From the NCBI GenBank assembly GCA_910592345.1, contig CAJVPI010000216.1:1-41959 (forward strand): 41,959 bases of DNA. The letters run 5' to 3'. This DNA is from Paraglomus brasilianum. Its lineage: Eukaryota. Of this stretch, positions 37,910 through 41,959 are shown piece by piece (position 1 is the stretch's first letter; every line of letters starts with the position of its first letter). The notes beneath the pieces are model-generated. The model ran no database searches. It was not told the DNA's origin and saw only the letters and a program-made list of their open reading frames with translations. A program made the position numbers and the translations under genes.

Positions 37910-40900
37910 AATGTATCGCCCTACGCTTGAGAACACAGCAAGGGATCAGAAGTTGCCACAGTGTGTATTTATGTGTTTCGTTGAGATCGACAGAATTTAT
38001 TACCCTATTTGTCTAATTGCATAGACGGAATGAGACCACCGATTTATAATTTATTAAATATTAATTCCCCATCCCAGTACCAAGAGAATGTAAATACCAA
38101 AAAGCTCTTGTGGGTTGGAAAGGGGCTATGCAAAGATGCGAAAAGAAGCAGAAGCTAAGAAGAAGCCAACAACATTTCAAGTTGAATATTGCCAGTGTGG
38201 TTGATAGTACCTCGGAGTTTAAACACCGTATAGCATGCCACGTATTTGAACATGCGTATCAATTTTTTGATATTTCAATGGCACATTCTATGCTAACGAC
38301 TTTTTTGGGTCGACACTGTTGAATTAGGTAACCATCCACATACTGAAACGTGAACAAGGAAAGGGTATTTGCTAACAAAGGCAGTGTTTTTGCATCTGTA
38401 ATAGATTATCGATGAGGGTTTCAAAGACAAGGAACATTATGTTTGTAACCTTAATATTGTGCGCATAGCCCTTGCAAATCAAAACGACGATCAGATATCC
38501 ACATGTAAGATACTCGGTGGTACGGCAGCTATTCATAGCCAAATTCATCAGTTCGCAGGGATGACATAATATTTTTTTACCCACTCCTAATTTTATGACA
38601 CAGCATAATCAAATTGATACCATATTGGATAAAACTAGCTATATAGTAAAACCTCTATACCGGTTCTTTAATTATGACTATTACTATGTGGGTGTTATTC
38701 TATATACCGATATCGGCAAAAATTCCATGGCCGGGGGCTGACCGAGAACAGACTAAATAAAGCATCTTCTTCCTTTTTGCAGATTTATTGTGATCTCATT
38801 ATCCGCCATCTATCCTACATTGATCGCTCCTTGTACATGCCAATAATATTGTCTATAACGATAAGTAAAAGCCTTCTTTAAACATGACTTTCTAACCTGC
38901 AAAAACAGTTTGTAAGTGTTAATGCGAATACTTTACTAGAACATACAAGTGGGGCTGCCGTAAATTAATCTTTATCGCCGATAATATTCTTATATTTAAG
39001 TTTATTGTATAATTTTGTTTCTCGTCTCGCAATAGTCACATTAATTGTTTAGTCTATTATTACATGATTATATAAGACTCAATTTAGCGTAGTAATTTCA
39101 AACCTGTATTACAACAAAGAAGATAACATTTCTTCAAATTCCATCATGTTTCAACCCCTCCCCCATTAAATTCAATGGTTTGACTGATGCACAAATATTG
39201 TTGCGTTTTTACTTTCGGCTCTCTACTAATACGCCGATTAGCAGAACCTAAAAAGAACTTCTCAGGCATATGCTACCATTCCCCAAAACTCAGGAACCAC
39301 AAAAGGTGATAGACTGTGGTCCATTAAAAACCTACCAGATGAGCCGCAATTATTTGTTTAGGCTCACAACATGAATTACAAAAACGGGAGCACAGTCTTG
39401 AGTGTGACGGTTGAAGGTCGGAGTATGAGGAGAATTTAGGGCCACTGCTCCCACCTGAGAAAATTGTCAGCTTGCAACTGGCGTTTTAACATGGCCGGCT
39501 ATTATACTGCAATATTCCAGACAACGGAACAAAATCAAAGCCAAACTTTTACGTAACCTGAAACTATTATCAACTTTATGCGACAGGCTTTAATATAATA
39601 TAAATAATTTTCTTTATTAGACAATTATTTCATTGCAAGTATCAAGCATGAACGTCTAGACAAAAACGAGTGTTTATTTTATTATGTGTTCAACAATTCT
39701 TCAGAGAAGCATAATCAGATCGAGTGGAAGATATTAGTTAGGATATTTATAAGTATTTGCATAGTAAATTTCCCAACAATTACAACTGTGCGTTCTCCCT
39801 TAATCAGTACAATGAGATCAAGTATATCTATTCTACTTCGATATTATGTCTTAGCTTTTTATCAATACTCAAAAGTCAACAGGTAATGGTAAGGTCTGTG
39901 TTCAGGGACTATTTTAGTAGTGATAATAAGCGGACGTTTTCTTCATGAGTAAGCATGAACTGTTCTGTTATTCAATCTAATAGATTTTATTGTGCTGCAT
40001 ATGGAGCGGTGTACAATAGTTAACCATCTTTGCTCATCACCATTGATTCAAACATATTAGTCGAGTAATTTATAATCGTTCGCCACAAAAAATAATTGTC
40101 ATTAAAACTCATTCCAAATCGATGGAAAGGCTCATTCTTCTTTGAAACATATTCATAGCATAACGGAGTGCTGTATTAGTAAATACCGCAGTGTATTTAA
40201 TTGGTAGTGACTGTATTTAGAGAAATTTGGAAATAGAGTTGATAACTAGCTTTGGCAATGAACACGAGTATTAGTGCGTCCAATAGACCAATATCTATTT
40301 AATTTGTATATGAGTGGTATCAATACAGACAAATGTTATACGACGTATATAGTTTATATATATTATATTCATGTATTTTGGTTTCTCACGTACGTTTTAC
40401 ACACTCTGCTTAAAATAATAAGTAAGTAATTTACTTATTACTCATCGGCGATATTTTTATAGTATTAGGACGCTATTTAATATGAACGAGTTGCCATATC
40501 ACGTAAGGTTACAGTTTCTGCAAGGTAGATCAACAACAATGACATTGTTTGCATAATATTTTGCTGATCTGACACCGAGAGACAGCAACATACAAGACAA
40601 CGAAAACCAAATAATAAACGAAAATATTAGTACAAAGAATAGTTGAATATAGTAGTACCTGTACACATACTCTTATTATTGCCAAAGATTTGGCAACTAC
40701 CCCCGTCAGTATTTATGTTAAAAACTAATTTACTTTATCAGAGTAAAACAAGTGGCAAGAGTTGTGTCCATAGTGAAATAATGAACCTATGAAGTAGTTA
40801 CCAAGTCATAGAGCACTTTGCGCACAGGAAGCGATTATACCAAGCCCATGAATCAAACAGACTCAATTTTTCTACAAACGCAGTTTTTATTACAAAATAT

Positions 40901-41959
40901 TTTTTTTTACCTTTTAACAACTAAAGGTTAACTCTACCAAAGATATCGCGAGTAACTTTTATTCACAGGCGAAACGCTTGCTCAAACCCGGTTTAAGAAA
41001 GTTTGGATAGATTCCTTCCCGTATGTTTGATGAAAGTCATTGTACCAAATCCAATACAAAGAGCTGATCCAAAGTAATTTGTCTGTGAATACAAACGACT
41101 GGAACAAGTAGCATAAACTTTAGATATTGATCTCAATAATTTACTCTATAATAAATGATTATCATGTATTTTCGCTTTCTGGTAACCTGACCGCCGAAGG
41201 CGGCTAACAAGTAAACTTGCAATACAAACGGTTAATATTTGGAATATTCTATCGTAATCGCTAATGGTTCATTCAATATTTCCCGTGATTCCCAAATCTT
41301 ATTAAGATCTTCATTCGATTATTCGGGAAACCCCGAAATTTAAAATATGTAAAATTAGTATTAGGTTATGTTGTATGTAATTGCGTCACCATGTAAATCC
41401 CATTTACATATATGTAATTTGTGGTACGCAATTTACATATGTGATTTGCGCCAATATCCCCAAATCGTTTAGTGCAAAATGTATTGTATTATAATACTTC
41501 TTCTCACATATCAAGCGCTAATTTGTTTAAGCAAAAAGAAACGAGTTTATTACAATCCGAACTTTTCGCTCGCTATTATTTCTTTTAATGTTACTAATTG
41601 GAGAGCCGGTTATACTTTTTCCCCGGAGACCCTCTGACAAATATTGAGTATAATCATAAGAATCAATTTTTCGATAACGATATTGTTCCTAAAAGGCCAA
41701 CAGACGTTATGCCGTGACATAATGTTAATGCTACATTATTAGGTATTTCATACAGTTTTATACTGAAACACAAGCTGGAATTTCACAACAATTTGTAAGA
41801 ATATGATTATTTCGTTGCTAAATTGCATCTATTACTATGTTCTTACACTATTCCCTCCGCATACACCCCCCTGACAAAAGTATATAAGTACGAGACGAAA
41901 TTTTACTAGTAAAACATATGAAAACTCTTTATTTTCGAAAATCTCTATCGTCCATACGT

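Noticed and set aside
39140..39520. Possible decayed plus-strand paralog of the membrane protein (AYATIPQNS...WSIKNLP)
   Set aside because: Similarity is too short and weak to support without an alignment.

Overview
Eukaryotic, intron-rich, AT-rich fungal genomic DNA. The gene families (BTB-BACK-TLDc, kinase-Sel1, Crinkler-like REase-kinase, large Ig-like membrane protein) point to an arbuscular mycorrhizal fungus (Glomeromycotina); this is an inference. All recognisable intact genes are on the minus strand: a partial kinase at the left edge, a DHHC palmitoyltransferase (ERF2-like), DCP2, a BTB-BACK-TLDc protein, MPC1, a kinase-Sel1 protein and a signal-peptide/multi-TM membrane protein. Main observations: (1) two U12-type AT-AC minor introns in neighbouring genes (ERF2-like and DCP2); (2) a 4-nt microexon in MPC1; (3) a DCP2 tail combining fungal-type leucine motifs with a metazoan-like Phe-rich C-terminal motif; (4) a ~7.5-kb nested structure (16442-23979) bounded by ~460-bp inverted arms and TA. 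It contains a pogo-family transposon with an internal inversion, a solo LTR, a decayed Crinkler-like kinase gene, and an intronless AT-rich segment that reads best with TGA=Trp and may be captured Mollicutes-endobacterial DNA. All calls come from manual reading; no searches were run.
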